Assembly: GCA_963785725.1 (NCBI GenBank)
Contig: CAWAWS010000039.1
Coordinates: forward strand, 512,001 to 576,000
Reading direction: 5' to 3'
DNA: 64,000 nucleotides
DNA from: an uncultured delta proteobacterium
GTDB lineage: Bacteria; Myxococcota_A; Polyangia; Palsa-1104
In this document: in pieces, positions 28,555 through 38,976 of the stretch
Position numbering within the stretch: the stretch's first letter is position 1
Layout: each line of letters starts with the position of its first letter
Program-made: the position numbers and the translations under genes
The notes under the pieces: model-generated
Seen by the model: the letters and a program-made list of their open reading frames with translations, nothing else
What the model was told of the DNA's origin: nothing
Databases searched by the model: none

Positions 28555-29601
28555 ATGCGTGTTTACTTAGTGGTGAGCGCGTTGTTGCTCGGCGGCTGCG
28601 TGTCGCATTCGACGGGCGAGACCGAAGTGGGCGTGCTCGTGTGCAAGCTCGGCATCGGCTGCAGCGACGGCAAAGGCGTGCAGCGCGCGCTCTATCCGCC
28701 GGGCTCGACGAGCTTCTTCGCGCCCTTCATTCGCGACTTCTATACGTTCGACACCAAAGTGCAGAACTTGGAGATGGTGGCCAACGCGCAGCACGGCGAT
28801 CGCAACGAGCGCGACGATCTGCAGTTCAAGACGACCGACGGCAACGACATCTCGATGGACGTGACGGTGGCGTGGACGATCGATCCGCAGCACGCGCCCG
28901 ATCTCCTGCAAAACGTCGGCATCTCGACGGCGGAGGTGAAGGAGAAGCTGGTGCGGCCGACGGCGCGGACGCTGGTGCGCGACGTGCTCAACGAGCTCGA
29001 CTCCGAGTCGATCTACAACTCCGACAAGCGCTTCGAGAAGGCGGAGAAGGCCAAGCAGGTGCTGTTGGAGGCGCTGGCGCCGCACGGCGTGATCGTGTCG
29101 CAGGTGATCTTGCACGAGCATCGCTTCGCGCCCGAGTACGAGAAGGTCATTCACGATCGCAAGCTGGCGGAGCAGAGCGCGCAGCAGCTGAAGTCGGAGA
29201 GCGAGGCTGCGGCGCAAGAGGCGCTGCGCAACTTGGAGACGGCGCGCGGCAAGGTGGCGTCGGACATCGCGCAGGCGGAGGGTGAGCTGCAGCAGGCCAA
29301 GCTGACCGCCGACGCCGAGTACTTCAAGCAGCAGCAGAACGCGGACGCCATCGTGGCCGAGCGCTCGGCCAAGGCCAAGGCGATCGAGAAGCGCAACGAG
29401 GCGTTGCGCGGCTCGGGCGGGCGCGCGATGGTGAAGCTGAAGGTGGCCGAGGCGCTCGAAGGCAAGTCGATCGTGCTCGTGCCCGGCGGGGCCAGCGGCG
29501 TGGGCTTCAACAAGCTCGACATCAATCGGCTCGTGGAGTCGTCGATCGTGCAGGAGGCGAGCCCGCCGGCCGAAGAAGTGAACAAGAGCGACGCCAAGTA
29601 G
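28555..29601 (+). CDS. SPFH/band-7 protein (lipoprotein)
   Basis: LLLGG-C lipobox, FKTTDGNDISMDVTVAW and a coiled-coil tail. Confidence 0.88.
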   Translation: MRVYLVVSALLLGGCVSHSTGETEVGVLVCKLGIGCSDGKGVQRALYPPGSTSFFAPFIRDFYTFDTKVQNLEMVANAQHGDRNERDDLQFKTTDGNDISMDVTVAWTIDPQHAPDLLQNVGISTAEVKEKLVRPTARTLVRDVLNELDSESIYNSDKRFEKAEKAKQVLLEALAPHGVIVSQVILHEHRFAPEYEKVIHDRKLAEQSAQQLKSESEAAAQEALRNLETARGKVASDIAQAEGELQQAKLTADAEYFKQQQNADAIVAERSAKAKAIEKRNEALRGSGGRAMVKLKVAEALEGKSIVLVPGGASGVGFNKLDINRLVESSIVQEASPPAEEVNKSDAK

Positions 29602-29603
29602 CC

Positions 29604-29960
29604 ATGGACGCGGCGCTGCGGCAGCGGCTCATGGCCGACGGGCAGCGCGCGTGTAACGCGGGTGACTTCTTCGCCGCGCACGAGCACTGGGAGACCGTGT
29701 GGCTGACGACGGTCGAGCCCGAGCGGCGGTGGCTTCAGGCGCTGATTCAGATCGCGACCGGGCTGCACAAGCTGCAAGCGGCGCGCGCCGACCTCTGTCG
29801 CGGCCTCGTGCACAAGGCGCTGGCGAAGCTGCAGGACGCGCCGGCGACGCTCGATGGGCTCGACGTCGCGCGCCTGCAGCGTGACGCGACGAGCCTGGCG
29901 GCCGCGATCGACCGCGGCGAGACGCCCGACGCGCGCGCCTTTCGCGTCCATGCCGCGTAA
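29604..29960 (+). CDS. DUF309 family protein
   Basis: FFAAHEHWETVW...LQALIQIATGLHK. Confidence 0.88.
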   Translation: MDAALRQRLMADGQRACNAGDFFAAHEHWETVWLTTVEPERRWLQALIQIATGLHKLQAARADLCRGLVHKALAKLQDAPATLDGLDVARLQRDATSLAAAIDRGETPDARAFRVHAA

Positions 29961-30007
29961 CGGTCGGCGAAATCGATATCGAATCCGCGCGAACGAGACG
30001 CGTTATG

Positions 30008-30190
30008 TCATACCACCCGCGTGCGCCGCGTCGTCGCCGAGCTGATGAGCGAGAACAGCACGCCGATGACGCCGACGACCATCAAGATCATGCCGACCAT
30101 GTGCAAGTTGACGCCGGGAACGCGATAGTTGATCGCGAAATAGAGGATGGCGCCGATTGCGACCAAGAACAGACTTCCGCCGGTATACAT
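30008..30190 (-). CDS. Small two-TM protein (DUF6458-like)
   Basis: GGSLFLVAIGAILYFAI...GVNLHMVGMILMVVG. Confidence 0.75.
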   Translation of the reverse strand: MYTGGSLFLVAIGAILYFAINYRVPGVNLHMVGMILMVVGVIGVLFSLISSATTRRTRVV

Positions 30191-30351
30191 GCCTCTTCGT
30201 AGGAGCAAGGAGCGCGCCGAATCGCTCGCTCGCCGACGTGGCGACCGCCCGGCTGAATGTACGCTAGCCTGCTAATGTTACTCATTGCGCGCTGCGTCGT
30301 AATTTAGTTATCTCGTCGCTGCTGGACTTTTCGCCAGCGGGGAGAGATTGC

Positions 30352-31188
30352 ATGCGCTCGACGATTGCCCTCAGCACGCTATTCGCAGCGACAACGTTGT
30401 TCGGCGCTACGGCGCAGGCCAATTCGCACGGCTTGCCGCCCTATTTGGCGCTCGGCGATTCCATCGCGTTCGGCTTCTCGCCGCTCATCGTCGATAATCC
30501 GGCCAACGTCGCCGCCGGCGATTTCGTCGGCTATCCCGAAGCGACGGCCAGCGCCGCCGCGCTCGCGCTGTCGAACGCGGCCTGCCCGGGCGAGACGTCG
30601 GGCTCGTTCATCAATCCGTATCAGCCCGATAACGGCTGCCATAGCTCGCCCTATTATGTGCGCGAGCTGAAGGTGCAGTATCAGGGCAGCCAGCTCGACT
30701 ATGCGCGCGCCTATTTGTGGGCGCATCCGGAGACCGAGCTGGTCACGATCGACATCGGCGGCAACGACCTCTTGCTCGTGCAGACGGCGTGCGCGTCGAG
30801 CTTCAGCCCGACGTTGTGCGAAGTGGCCGAGCTGCCGGGCGCGCTCGTGAAGTTCGGCGCCAACCTGACCGCGATCTTCACCGGGCTGCGCAGCATCGGC
30901 TACTTCGGGCAGATCGTGGCGGTGACGCAGTACGCGACCAACTACAGTGACACGACGCAGACGCTGGCGCTGGGCGGGCTCAAGGACGAGACGGCGACGA
31001 TCGCCGCGCTCTTCGACGTCACCGTGGCCGATGGTTACGGCGCGTTCCAGACGGCGGCGTCGGCGTTCGGCGGCGACGTGTGCAAGGCCGGCCTCATCAT
31101 CGCGCTGCCCGACGGCACGTGCAACGAGCATCCGTCGCCGAAGGGCCGCGACGTGCTCGCCGACGCCGTGTTATCCGTCCTGCACTAA
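30352..31188 (+). CDS. Secreted SGNH/GDSL hydrolase
   Basis: YLALGDSIAFG, ACPGETS, IDIGGND and EHPSPKG. Confidence 0.9.
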   Translation: MRSTIALSTLFAATTLFGATAQANSHGLPPYLALGDSIAFGFSPLIVDNPANVAAGDFVGYPEATASAAALALSNAACPGETSGSFINPYQPDNGCHSSPYYVRELKVQYQGSQLDYARAYLWAHPETELVTIDIGGNDLLLVQTACASSFSPTLCEVAELPGALVKFGANLTAIFTGLRSIGYFGQIVAVTQYATNYSDTTQTLALGGLKDETATIAALFDVTVADGYGAFQTAASAFGGDVCKAGLIIALPDGTCNEHPSPKGRDVLADAVLSVLH

Positions 31189-31286
31189 GGGCAGCGGACG
31201 GTGGCGGGGCCGGCAGTGTGGTCGCCGCAGTGGCACGACGAGCCGGCCGCGCACTGACACGCACTCGTTAAGGATTGGCGCAGGCG

Positions 31287-31340
31287 GCAATGAGAAACGG
31301 ATTGGCCGGTGATGGCGCCAATCCGTTTCGATTGCGTTTT
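31287..31340. terminator. Hairpin between convergent genes (probable terminator)
   Basis: GAAACGGATTGGC (31294-31306) pairs with GCCAATCCGTTTC (31317-31329), with an outer GCAAT/ATTGC pair and TTTT after it. Confidence 0.65.
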
Positions 31341-31357
31341 GCGGGAATTGAAACGAG

Positions 31358-31753
31358 TTACGGTGTAACTTCGATGGGCCCGCGATGCAGCGGCGCTTCC
31401 GCCTTCAGCCGCTCGTACTCGGCCGCGTCGAACACGCGCGAACGCGTCAAGAAGCGCACGCCGAGCGGCGCCTCCAGCGAGAACCCGCCGCCGCGCCCGG
31501 GCACGACATCGATCGTCAGATGCGTGTGCTCCCAATATTCGAACTGCGCCGCGCCGATATAGAACGGCGTGTCGGCGACGACGCCGAGCAGCACGTCGCG
31601 CTGCCCGACGCGGAACTCGCCGCGCAAGTAGCACATCGGCGAGCTCCCGTCGCAGCAGCCGCCCGACTGGTGGAACAAGAGCGGGCCGTTCGCGGACTTC
31701 AGCTCCTCGACGACCCGGCGCGCTTCGTCGGTGATGGCGACTCGTTCGAGCAT
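31358..31753 (-). CDS. DUF779 family protein
   Basis: FHQSGGCCDGSSPMCY and GRGGGFSLEAPLGVRFLTRSR; downstream of the aldehyde dehydrogenase as is typical. Confidence 0.93.
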   Translation of the reverse strand: MLERVAITDEARRVVEELKSANGPLLFHQSGGCCDGSSPMCYLRGEFRVGQRDVLLGVVADTPFYIGAAQFEYWEHTHLTIDVVPGRGGGFSLEAPLGVRFLTRSRVFDAAEYERLKAEAPLHRGPIEVTP

Positions 31754-31760
31754 GCGCGGC

Positions 31761-33278
31761 CTAGAAGAACCCGAGCTTGTTCGGCGAGTAGCTGACGAGC
31801 AGGTTCTTCGTCTGCCGATAATGATCGAGCATCATCTTGTGGTTCTCGCGCCCGAAGCCCGACTGCTTGTAGCCGCCGAACGCCGCGTGCGCGGGATAGG
31901 CGTGATAGCAGTTCGTCCACACGCGACCGGCCTTGATGGCGCGACCGACGCGATAAGCGGTGTTCGTGTCGCGCGTCCACACGCCGGCGCCGAGGCCGTA
32001 CAGCGTGTCGTTGGCGATGGCAATGGCGTCGTCGAGGTCCTTGAACTTCGTGACCGACACGACCGGTCCGAAGATCTCCTCTTGGAACACGCGCATCTTG
32101 TTGTTGCCGGCGAAGACGGTCGGCTTGACGTAATAGCCGTCCTTGAGCTCGCCCTCGTGAATCTGGCGCGCGCCGCCGGTCAGGACTTTGGCGCCCTCTT
32201 TCTTGCCGATGTCCAGGTAGCTCAAGATCTTCTCGAGCTGATCGTTCGACGCCTGCGCGCCGATCATCGTCGACGCGTCGAGCGGATGGCCCATCTTGAT
32301 CGCCTCGACGCGCTTCAAGGCCCGCTCCATGAACTTGTCGTAGATCGACTCGTGCACGAGCGCGCGCGACGGGCAGGTGCAGACTTCGCCCGAGTTGAGC
32401 GCGAACATCGTGAAGCCTTCGAGCGCTTTGTCGAAGAAGGCGTCGTCTTCGCGCATGACGTCGGGGAAGAAGATGTTGGGCGATTTGCCGCCCAATTCGA
32501 GGCTCACCGGGATCAAATTCTCCGACGCGTACTGCAGAATCAGGCGGCCCGTCGTGGTCTCGCCGGTGAAGGCGACCTTGGCCACGCGCGGGCTCGACGC
32601 CAGCGGCTTGCCGGCTTCGGCGCCGAAGCCGTTGACGATGTTGAGCACGCCCGGCGGCAGCAAATCCGCGACCAGCTCGGCGAACACCAGCGCCGAGACC
32701 GGCGTCTGCTCGGCCGGCTTCAAGACGACCGCGTTGCCGCCCGCCAGCGCCGGCGCCAGCTTCCACACCGCCATGAGCAGCGGGAAATTCCACGGAATGA
32801 TCTGCCCGACGACGCCCAGCGGCTCCTTGAAGTGATACGCGACCGTGTCGTCATCGAGCTCCGACAGATGGCCCTCTTCGGCGCGCAGACAGCCGGCGAA
32901 ATAGCGGAAGTGATCGACCGCCAGCGGCAGATCGGCGGCGCGGCTCTCGCGGATCGGCTTGCCGTTGTCGAGCGTCTCGATGGTCGCCATCCGCTCCAAG
33001 TTCGCCTCCAAGCGATCGGCGATCTTGTTGAGGATGTTGGCGCGCTCCGTCGGCGACGTGCGACCCCAAGCCGGCGCGGCCGCGTGCGCGGCGTCGAGCG
33101 CCTTGTCGACGTCGGCGGCGTTGGAGCGCTGCACTTCGCACAGCGTCTTGCCCGTCACCGGCGACGGATTCGTGAACGTCTGGCCCGTCTGCGACGGCAC
33201 GAACTTGCCGTTGATGAAGTTGCCGTAGCTCTTCTTGATCTCGGTGGTCTTCTGCGCCTGCTCGGTCGTGGTCGCCAT
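31761..33278 (-). CDS. aldB: NAD-dependent aldehyde (acetaldehyde) dehydrogenase, AldB/ExaC type
   Basis: [46 protein letters not shown] and [16 protein letters not shown]. Confidence 0.93.
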   Translation of the reverse strand: MATTTEQAQKTTEIKKSYGNFINGKFVPSQTGQTFTNPSPVTGKTLCEVQRSNAADVDKALDAAHAAAPAWGRTSPTERANILNKIADRLEANLERMATIETLDNGKPIRESRAADLPLAVDHFRYFAGCLRAEEGHLSELDDDTVAYHFKEPLGVVGQIIPWNFPLLMAVWKLAPALAGGNAVVLKPAEQTPVSALVFAELVADLLPPGVLNIVNGFGAEAGKPLASSPRVAKVAFTGETTTGRLILQYASENLIPVSLELGGKSPNIFFPDVMREDDAFFDKALEGFTMFALNSGEVCTCPSRALVHESIYDKFMERALKRVEAIKMGHPLDASTMIGAQASNDQLEKILSYLDIGKKEGAKVLTGGARQIHEGELKDGYYVKPTVFAGNNKMRVFQEEIFGPVVSVTKFKDLDDAIAIANDTLYGLGAGVWTRDTNTAYRVGRAIKAGRVWTNCYHAYPAHAAFGGYKQSGFGRENHKMMLDHYRQTKNLLVSYSPNKLGFF

Positions 33279-33309
33279 GTTGAGCCTCCGTAGTCGGACA
33301 CCCGGCCAT

Positions 33310-33325
33310 CGCAACGGGCGCGCCA
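33310..33325 (-). promoter_or_regulatory. Sigma-54 promoter of aldB
   Basis: Minus strand TGGCGCGCCCGTTGCG, with a divergent sigma-54 activator gene next to it. Confidence 0.8.
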
Positions 33326-33379
33326 GACGAAGCGGCCGCGCAACCCGCCGAAAATGCGGTGACGCGGCGGGTCGAACTC

Positions 33380-33425
33380 GTCCCGCGCGAGACAGCTGTG
33401 CGGGACAAATGTCCCGCGCGAAACA
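33380..33425. promoter_or_regulatory. Putative AcoR-type upstream activator sites
   Basis: Repeated GTCCCGCGCGA(G/A)ACA at 33380 and 33411, plus the palindrome CGGGACAAATGTCCCG at 33401-33416. Confidence 0.6.
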
Positions 33426-33490
33426 GCGGCGACATCTTCTCGCTGGCGCATCGGCCGCGCGCGGGCTCTATACTTGGCGTCGTGAGCGTG

Positions 33491-35506
33491 ATGCCGCCCA
33501 GCCGTCGCTCGACTCGCCCGATCGCGAGGCCGCCGGCCGAAACCGCCGAGCCGGCGCTGCGGGCCGCGAGCGGCGAGCCGGCGGTGCAGCTGGAGATCGA
33601 GCGCGAACGCGAGCGCTTGTGGTCGTCGCCGGCGGGGTCGTCGTCGGCGACGCCGTCGAAGATCGTGCGTGACGACGTGCGCGGCTCGTGGCTGCGCTCG
33701 CTCGCCGCCGGCGTCGACCCGACGTTGGCGCAAGCGCCGCGCGTCGCCGGCCGCGACGAATTGGAGGCGCTGCTGCGCCGGCGCGCCTGGTTCAGCGTCG
33801 TCGACGAGCTGTCGCATCGTTCGCCGCTGTCGCCGAGCGGTCGCGATCACGTGCTCACCATCTTCGACGTCGACGGCACGATGCTCGCCTGTCACGGCGA
33901 CCCGTGGGTGCAGGCGCAGCTGGGCGAGATCAACTTCACGCCCGGCGCCTCGTGGGCGGAACATGCCGTCGGCACGAACGGCCCGGGCACGGCGTTGGCG
34001 ATCGGCCGGCCCATCGAAGTCGTCGGCGCCGAGCATTTCTGTCGCGCTTGGCAGCCGTGGCACTGCGCGGCCGTGCCGCTGCGCGATCCGTCGTCGGGCC
34101 GCCTGCTCGGCGCCATCGACGTCTCCGGCGCTTGCGCCAACAGCCATCCGCACACGCTCGAGCTGGTGCGCGCGCTCGGCATCGCCATCGAGCGCACGTG
34201 GTGGGCCGAGAGCCTCGAGCGGCGCGGCGAGCTCATGCGCGCGTTCGTGGCCGAGCAGGGTCGGCGGCCGGGCGAGCGCCTCGCCGTCGTCGATGGCAAC
34301 GGCCTCGTCGTCGCCAGCTCGGCGGCCGCGGAGGACGGCGAATGGCGCGAAGGCGCCGTCGTCGCGGGCCTCGTCGACTACGGCGTGCTCGACGAAGCCG
34401 TGTTGGCGCGCATCGGCGCGTGCGGCGCCGAGCCCGTCGGCCATCGCGCGCTCACGATCGGCTGGATCATTCGGCTGCGCCCGGCGCCGCGCCCCGGTTC
34501 GGCGCACCCCGCGCAGCCGCCGCGACCGGCGCGTGCGGGCGCGACGCGCTACGCGTTCGCCGATCTCATCGGTCACAGCGCGCCTTTGCAAGCGGTGCGG
34601 CGGCTGGCCGAGACGGCGGCGAGCAACGATCTGCCGGTCCTCATCATCGGCGAATCGGGCGTCGGCAAGGAGGTCGTCGCGCAGGCGATTCACGCCGGCG
34701 GTGCGCGCGCGACGCGTCCGTTCGTGGCCGTCAATTGTGCGGCGCTGCCGCCCGAGCTGCTCGAGTCGGAGCTGTTCGGCTACGTCGCCGGCGCGTTCAC
34801 GGGCGCGCGTCGCGACGGCGCCGCCGGCCGCTTCGAGGCCGCGCACGGCGGCACCGTCTTCCTCGACGAGATTGGCGAGCTCTCGCACGGCGCGCAGGCC
34901 GCGCTGTTGCGCGTGTTGCAAGAGGGCGAGGTCACGCGCGTCGGCGCGACGACGCCGCGGCGCATCGACGTGCGCGTCATCGCGGCGACGCAGCGCAGCC
35001 CCGGCGAAGCGCTGGCCGAGGGTCGGCTGCGCAAAGACTTGTACTACCGCCTGGCTGTCTTGCCCTGCGAGCTGCCGCCGCTGCGCGCGCGTCACGAAGA
35101 TCTGCCGCTGCTCGTGCAACGCTTTCTGACCGACGCCGCGACGGAGCTGAGCCTGCCGTTGCCGCGCCTCGACGACGAGGTGCTGGCGATCTTCGCGCGC
35201 TACGATTGGCCCGGCAATGTCCGCGAGCTGAAGAACCTGATGCGCCGCTTGGTGGCCACGACGCCGGGGACCATCGGCCGCGCCGCGCTGCCCGCCGAGC
35301 TCGTCGCCGCCGCGCGCGCTCATGACGCGGACGACGACGGCAGCGGCGACGGCGGCCGCGATCGCCTCTTGGCCGCGCTGGCCTCGGCGCGCACGATCAG
35401 CGACGCCGCCCGCGCGCTCGGCATCGGCCGCAGCACGCTCTATCGCCAAATGACCCGCTACGGCCTCAAGTTGGGCCGCATGTTCGGCCCGCGCGACCGC
35501 CATTAG
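33491..35506 (+). CDS. Sigma-54-dependent activator, AcoR-like (GAF + AAA+ + Fis HTH)
   Basis: GAF motif [43 protein letters not shown] and [28 protein letters not shown]. Start uncertain. Confidence 0.92.
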   Translation: MPPSRRSTRPIARPPAETAEPALRAASGEPAVQLEIERERERLWSSPAGSSSATPSKIVRDDVRGSWLRSLAAGVDPTLAQAPRVAGRDELEALLRRRAWFSVVDELSHRSPLSPSGRDHVLTIFDVDGTMLACHGDPWVQAQLGEINFTPGASWAEHAVGTNGPGTALAIGRPIEVVGAEHFCRAWQPWHCAAVPLRDPSSGRLLGAIDVSGACANSHPHTLELVRALGIAIERTWWAESLERRGELMRAFVAEQGRRPGERLAVVDGNGLVVASSAAAEDGEWREGAVVAGLVDYGVLDEAVLARIGACGAEPVGHRALTIGWIIRLRPAPRPGSAHPAQPPRPARAGATRYAFADLIGHSAPLQAVRRLAETAASNDLPVLIIGESGVGKEVVAQAIHAGGARATRPFVAVNCAALPPELLESELFGYVAGAFTGARRDGAAGRFEAAHGGTVFLDEIGELSHGAQAALLRVLQEGEVTRVGATTPRRIDVRVIAATQRSPGEALAEGRLRKDLYYRLAVLPCELPPLRARHEDLPLLVQRFLTDAATELSLPLPRLDDEVLAIFARYDWPGNVRELKNLMRRLVATTPGTIGRAALPAELVAAARAHDADDDGSGDGGRDRLLAALASARTISDAARALGIGRSTLYRQMTRYGLKLGRMFGPRDRH

Positions 35507-35562
35507 CAGCGCCGGTGCGCACGATCACCTCACGTCCGCTCGCGCCGGGCTATCGTGCGCGC

Positions 35563-36060
35563 ATGCTGCAGCGCCGGCTCGCGTCCTTGGCCCTCCTGTT
35601 GGTCGCCGCTTGCGGTGGCACCCATCGCACGCTGCCGACGACGACGTCGACGGACATGACCGTGTACGGCGTCAAGCCCGGCACGCCGCCGGCCAACCAT
35701 CGGCCCGTCGCCGCAGCCTGTCCGACGATGCCGACCGGCTCCGACTGTCGCATCGACAGTGACTGCAGCTCCACCGAGATCTGCGCCTGCGACGCCGATT
35801 CGCCTTCTGGCGACAACCGGTGCGTTGGCGGTCTTTGCCACCTCGACAGCGACTGCGGCAGCGGCGGCTATTGCTCGCCTTCACCCGACGTCTCCACCTG
35901 CGGGTCGTCGCTGTCCTCTACTGTCACCGGCTATTTCTGCCACACCGCGAACGACGTCTGTAACAACGACGACGACTGCACCACCGGCAGCTTCTGCGTG
36001 TACTCGCCCGAAGGGACGACTGGAGCGTGGTTCTGCGTCAGCCCCTTCTGCGCCGGCTAA
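35563..36060 (+). CDS. Cys-rich lipoprotein (CxxDxDC repeats)
   Basis: LLVAA-C lipobox; CRIDSDC, CHLDSDC and CNNDDDC. Confidence 0.75.
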   Translation: MLQRRLASLALLLVAACGGTHRTLPTTTSTDMTVYGVKPGTPPANHRPVAAACPTMPTGSDCRIDSDCSSTEICACDADSPSGDNRCVGGLCHLDSDCGSGGYCSPSPDVSTCGSSLSSTVTGYFCHTANDVCNNDDDCTTGSFCVYSPEGTTGAWFCVSPFCAG

Positions 36061-36212
36061 GGCCCATACGGCGACGTCTGCCGTCGCCGCCGTGGCTCTT
36101 CGCGCCGCTGCTCGTGGCGGCCGGCTGCTCGCGGCGCGACCCGGGCGCGCGCTATCCGGCGCCCGTGCCGCCACGCACAGACACCGTCGCCGCGACGAGC
36201 TAGAGTCGCCGC

Positions 36213-37082
36213 GTGAGCGCGAAAGCCAAGCCGTTGCTGCGATTGACCGAACGCGTGCGGCTCGGCCGCTCCGCCGTCAAGGCGAGCCCGATCTGCCTCG
36301 GCGCCGTGCGCACGCCGGAGACGATTGAGGCCGCATACGACGCCGGCATTCGCTTCTTCTTCGTCACCGCCGACATGCACTGGCCCGTCTACGAACCGGT
36401 GCGCCGCGGTCTGCAAGCGCTCTTGCGCCGCGTGCCGCGCGACCGCGTCGTCGTCGCCGCGGTCACCTACGTCGCGCGCCGCGAGTTCTCCGCCGCGCCG
36501 TTCCTCGAGCTGCTGGAGGCGATCCCCGAGCTCGGCCACATCGACGTCTACGTCGTCGGCGGCGTCGGCATGGCCGATCTGCTGCCCCGGCTCGACATGG
36601 CGCGCACCCTGCAGCGCTCGGGGTTCGCCGGCGTTCGCGCCGTGGCGGCGTCGTTTCACGAGCGCGAGGCGGCCGCGTTCGCCGTCGAGCACCAGCTGGT
36701 CGACCTGGCGCTCGTCCGCTACAACGCCGGCCACGTGGGCGCGCGCCGCGATCTGTTTCCGCGCGTCGTGGCCACCAAATCGCCGCCGCCGCTCTACAAC
36801 TTCAAGAACATTCCGCCCCACATCGTCGACGACGCGAGCTGGAAGCGGCTGGCGCTGCGCGGTTATTGGCGACCGTCGCCGACCGACTTCTATCGCTTCG
36901 CGCTCTCGAGCACGCCGCTGGCCGGGCTCTTGTGCGCGCTCGAGACACCGGCCCACGTCGACGCGCTCACGACGGCGCTGCAGCAAGGTCCGCTCGACGA
37001 CGAAGAGCAGCAATATCTGATCGATCTCTGCCTGCTGGCGACCGGTCGCGCCGGGCTCGCCGGCCGCCGCAAACAGCGCTAA
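36213..37082 (+). CDS. Divergent aldo/keto reductase-like protein
   Basis: RLGRSAVKASPICLG and AAYDAGIRFF match the AKR N-terminus; later SFHER and RYNAGH. The canonical DTAxxY motif is altered. Confidence 0.7.
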   Translation: MSAKAKPLLRLTERVRLGRSAVKASPICLGAVRTPETIEAAYDAGIRFFFVTADMHWPVYEPVRRGLQALLRRVPRDRVVVAAVTYVARREFSAAPFLELLEAIPELGHIDVYVVGGVGMADLLPRLDMARTLQRSGFAGVRAVAASFHEREAAAFAVEHQLVDLALVRYNAGHVGARRDLFPRVVATKSPPPLYNFKNIPPHIVDDASWKRLALRGYWRPSPTDFYRFALSSTPLAGLLCALETPAHVDALTTALQQGPLDDEEQQYLIDLCLLATGRAGLAGRRKQR

Positions 37083-38350
37083 CGCGGCGGCAGCGACGTG
37101 GCCAACAAGCGATCCCAGGCCGGCTCGATGCTGCCGGCGCCGGCCAAGAGCGCGAGGCCGACGCCGGTCGCGCCCGACAAGAGCGTGTCGTCGTCGGCGA
37201 AATCGTAGCGCTCGTCGTTGCCCGGCGCGGCCCACATTTGGTAGCCGCCGATGCCGCGGCCCGGTCGATGATCGGCGAGGACGCGGCCGTACCACCAGCG
37301 CGCGGCGTCGGCGAAGACGGGCTCGTTCGCCTGCTGCCACAAGCGGTGAAAGACGAGCGCCAAGCCGGCGCTGCCGTGGCATAGACCGCTGTCGTGCACG
37401 GCCAGCCGGCGAGCGGCGGCTTCGTCGCGACCGAGCGCGGCGGCGCGGCGTCCGAGCGTCAACGCCGCTTCGATCCACGCCGCTTCCTCGACGGCGTTGC
37501 CGGCGGCGAGCAAGGTCGCGGCGATGCCCGCGTCGCCGTAACACCAGCCGAGCCGCGCCGGCATGCGCTTGCCGTCGGCGATCCAGCACGGATAGGCCAA
37601 GACGCCGTCGTCCGCCTGACGCGCGAGCCAGCGCACGGCGCCGTCGAGCAGCGGGCGCGCCTCGGCGACCGCGATCTCGGCCGCGCAGGCGCCGGCGAGC
37701 ACGGCGATGACCGCGGGCACGCCGTGCGCGACGCCGCAGTTGTAGTAGCCGTTCGGATGAGCGGGCCGCGCCCACTCCGCCAGATGCCGCGGCGGCGTGT
37801 GCCAGGTGATGCCGCCGTCCCGCGCTTCGGCGCGCTCGGCCAGCCGCGCCACGACCGCCGCCACCAAGTCGCGACCGACGGCGCGGTTGACGCGCTCCAA
37901 GCCGTAGACGCCGATGCCGCACAAGCCGCTGACGAGGTCGTATTGCCCTTGCCACTCGCCCTGCGCGAGCCGCTCGACCACGCTCCGATCGATCGCCTCG
38001 TGGTCGTCGTCTTCGTCGGCGCCGGCGAAGCGACCGCGCATGTGCTGCGCGACCCAGGCCGTGCCCACGAATCCCGCCCACAACGTCGGATAGCTGTCGG
38101 TGGCGGCGAGCGCTTCGATGGCGCCGTCGAGCTGCGCGTCGGCGACGGCTTGCGCGGCCGCGTCGTCGTCGCGATGGGCGGCCAAATAGGCGAAAAAGAG
38201 CGCCCGTCCGGCGGCGCCGTCGAGCGTGCACGACAGCGCCGCCGGCGGCTCGCGCAGCGCCGCCGCCAGCTCGTCGACGACGCGGCGCGCGTGCGCGGCG
38301 GCGGCACCGACGAGGAGCGGCTGCCACGGTCGATGGGCGGCGGGATCCAT
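37079..38350 (-). CDS. lanC: Lanthionine synthetase C (LanC) family cyclase
   Basis: GxxG repeats, YDLVSG, GVAHG, GWCYGD, GLCHGSAG and LLSGATGVGLALL...WD; the NisC-type Zn ligands and catalytic His are present. Confidence 0.92.
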   Translation of the reverse strand: MDPAAHRPWQPLLVGAAAAHARRVVDELAAALREPPAALSCTLDGAAGRALFFAYLAAHRDDDAAAQAVADAQLDGAIEALAATDSYPTLWAGFVGTAWVAQHMRGRFAGADEDDDHEAIDRSVVERLAQGEWQGQYDLVSGLCGIGVYGLERVNRAVGRDLVAAVVARLAERAEARDGGITWHTPPRHLAEWARPAHPNGYYNCGVAHGVPAVIAVLAGACAAEIAVAEARPLLDGAVRWLARQADDGVLAYPCWIADGKRMPARLGWCYGDAGIAATLLAAGNAVEEAAWIEAALTLGRRAAALGRDEAAARRLAVHDSGLCHGSAGLALVFHRLWQQANEPVFADAARWWYGRVLADHRPGRGIGGYQMWAAPGNDERYDFADDDTLLSGATGVGLALLAGAGSIEPAWDRLLATSLPPR

Positions 38351-38578
38351 CGTCCCAGGCTAACGCAAACGACGCCGGCCGAGAGGGCGAATCAAACTAA
38401 AATGGCGACTGAAATCACAGTGTTGATGTCGAGCTGTGACCTGTTCGTCACGCCGTCGATCCATTCGGCTCGGCTTGGTGCTACGGTTGAGCTGGGCCTC
38501 ATGTTCGATGCGTCGCCGAGCTTGTTGCGGCATGACGGTGTGCCGCTGCCGGCCGTTTTTCTGGCAAACGGAGGAATC

Positions 38579-38911
38579 ATGCAGCCGATCCAGGTCAGCT
38601 ATCGTGGTCTCGACCCTTCACCCGCCTTGTCGGAGCTCATCGAAGCGGAAGCAGCACATCTGCGGCGACTGAATCACCGGATTCATTCGCTGCGCGTCGT
38701 CGTGGCCGCACCGCCGCACCATCAGCGTCACGGCAGCCCATTTCTCGTACGCGTCGAGCTGACGCTACCCGGCGCCGAGATCGTCGTCGACGGCGATCAT
38801 GATGTCGACGCCTATCAGGCCACGCGTCACGCCTTCGACACGCTGCGCCGACAGCTGACCACGATCCAAGAGCGACGCCAGGCCAAGCAGCGCGTCCACG
38901 CCGCTCGCTGA
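38579..38911 (+). CDS. HPF/RaiA-like (S30AE) ribosome-associated protein
   Basis: IQVSYRGLDPSPAL, HHQRHG..F.VRVELTLPG and DAYQATRHAFDTLRRQL; GGAGG RBS. Confidence 0.85.
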   Translation: MQPIQVSYRGLDPSPALSELIEAEAAHLRRLNHRIHSLRVVVAAPPHHQRHGSPFLVRVELTLPGAEIVVDGDHDVDAYQATRHAFDTLRRQLTTIQERRQAKQRVHAAR

Positions 38912-38976
38912 TTCCTCGCTAACGTCCACCGCATCACCCCTGTTGCTTCCGGCCGCGGTCTTGTAAGACTACCGCG

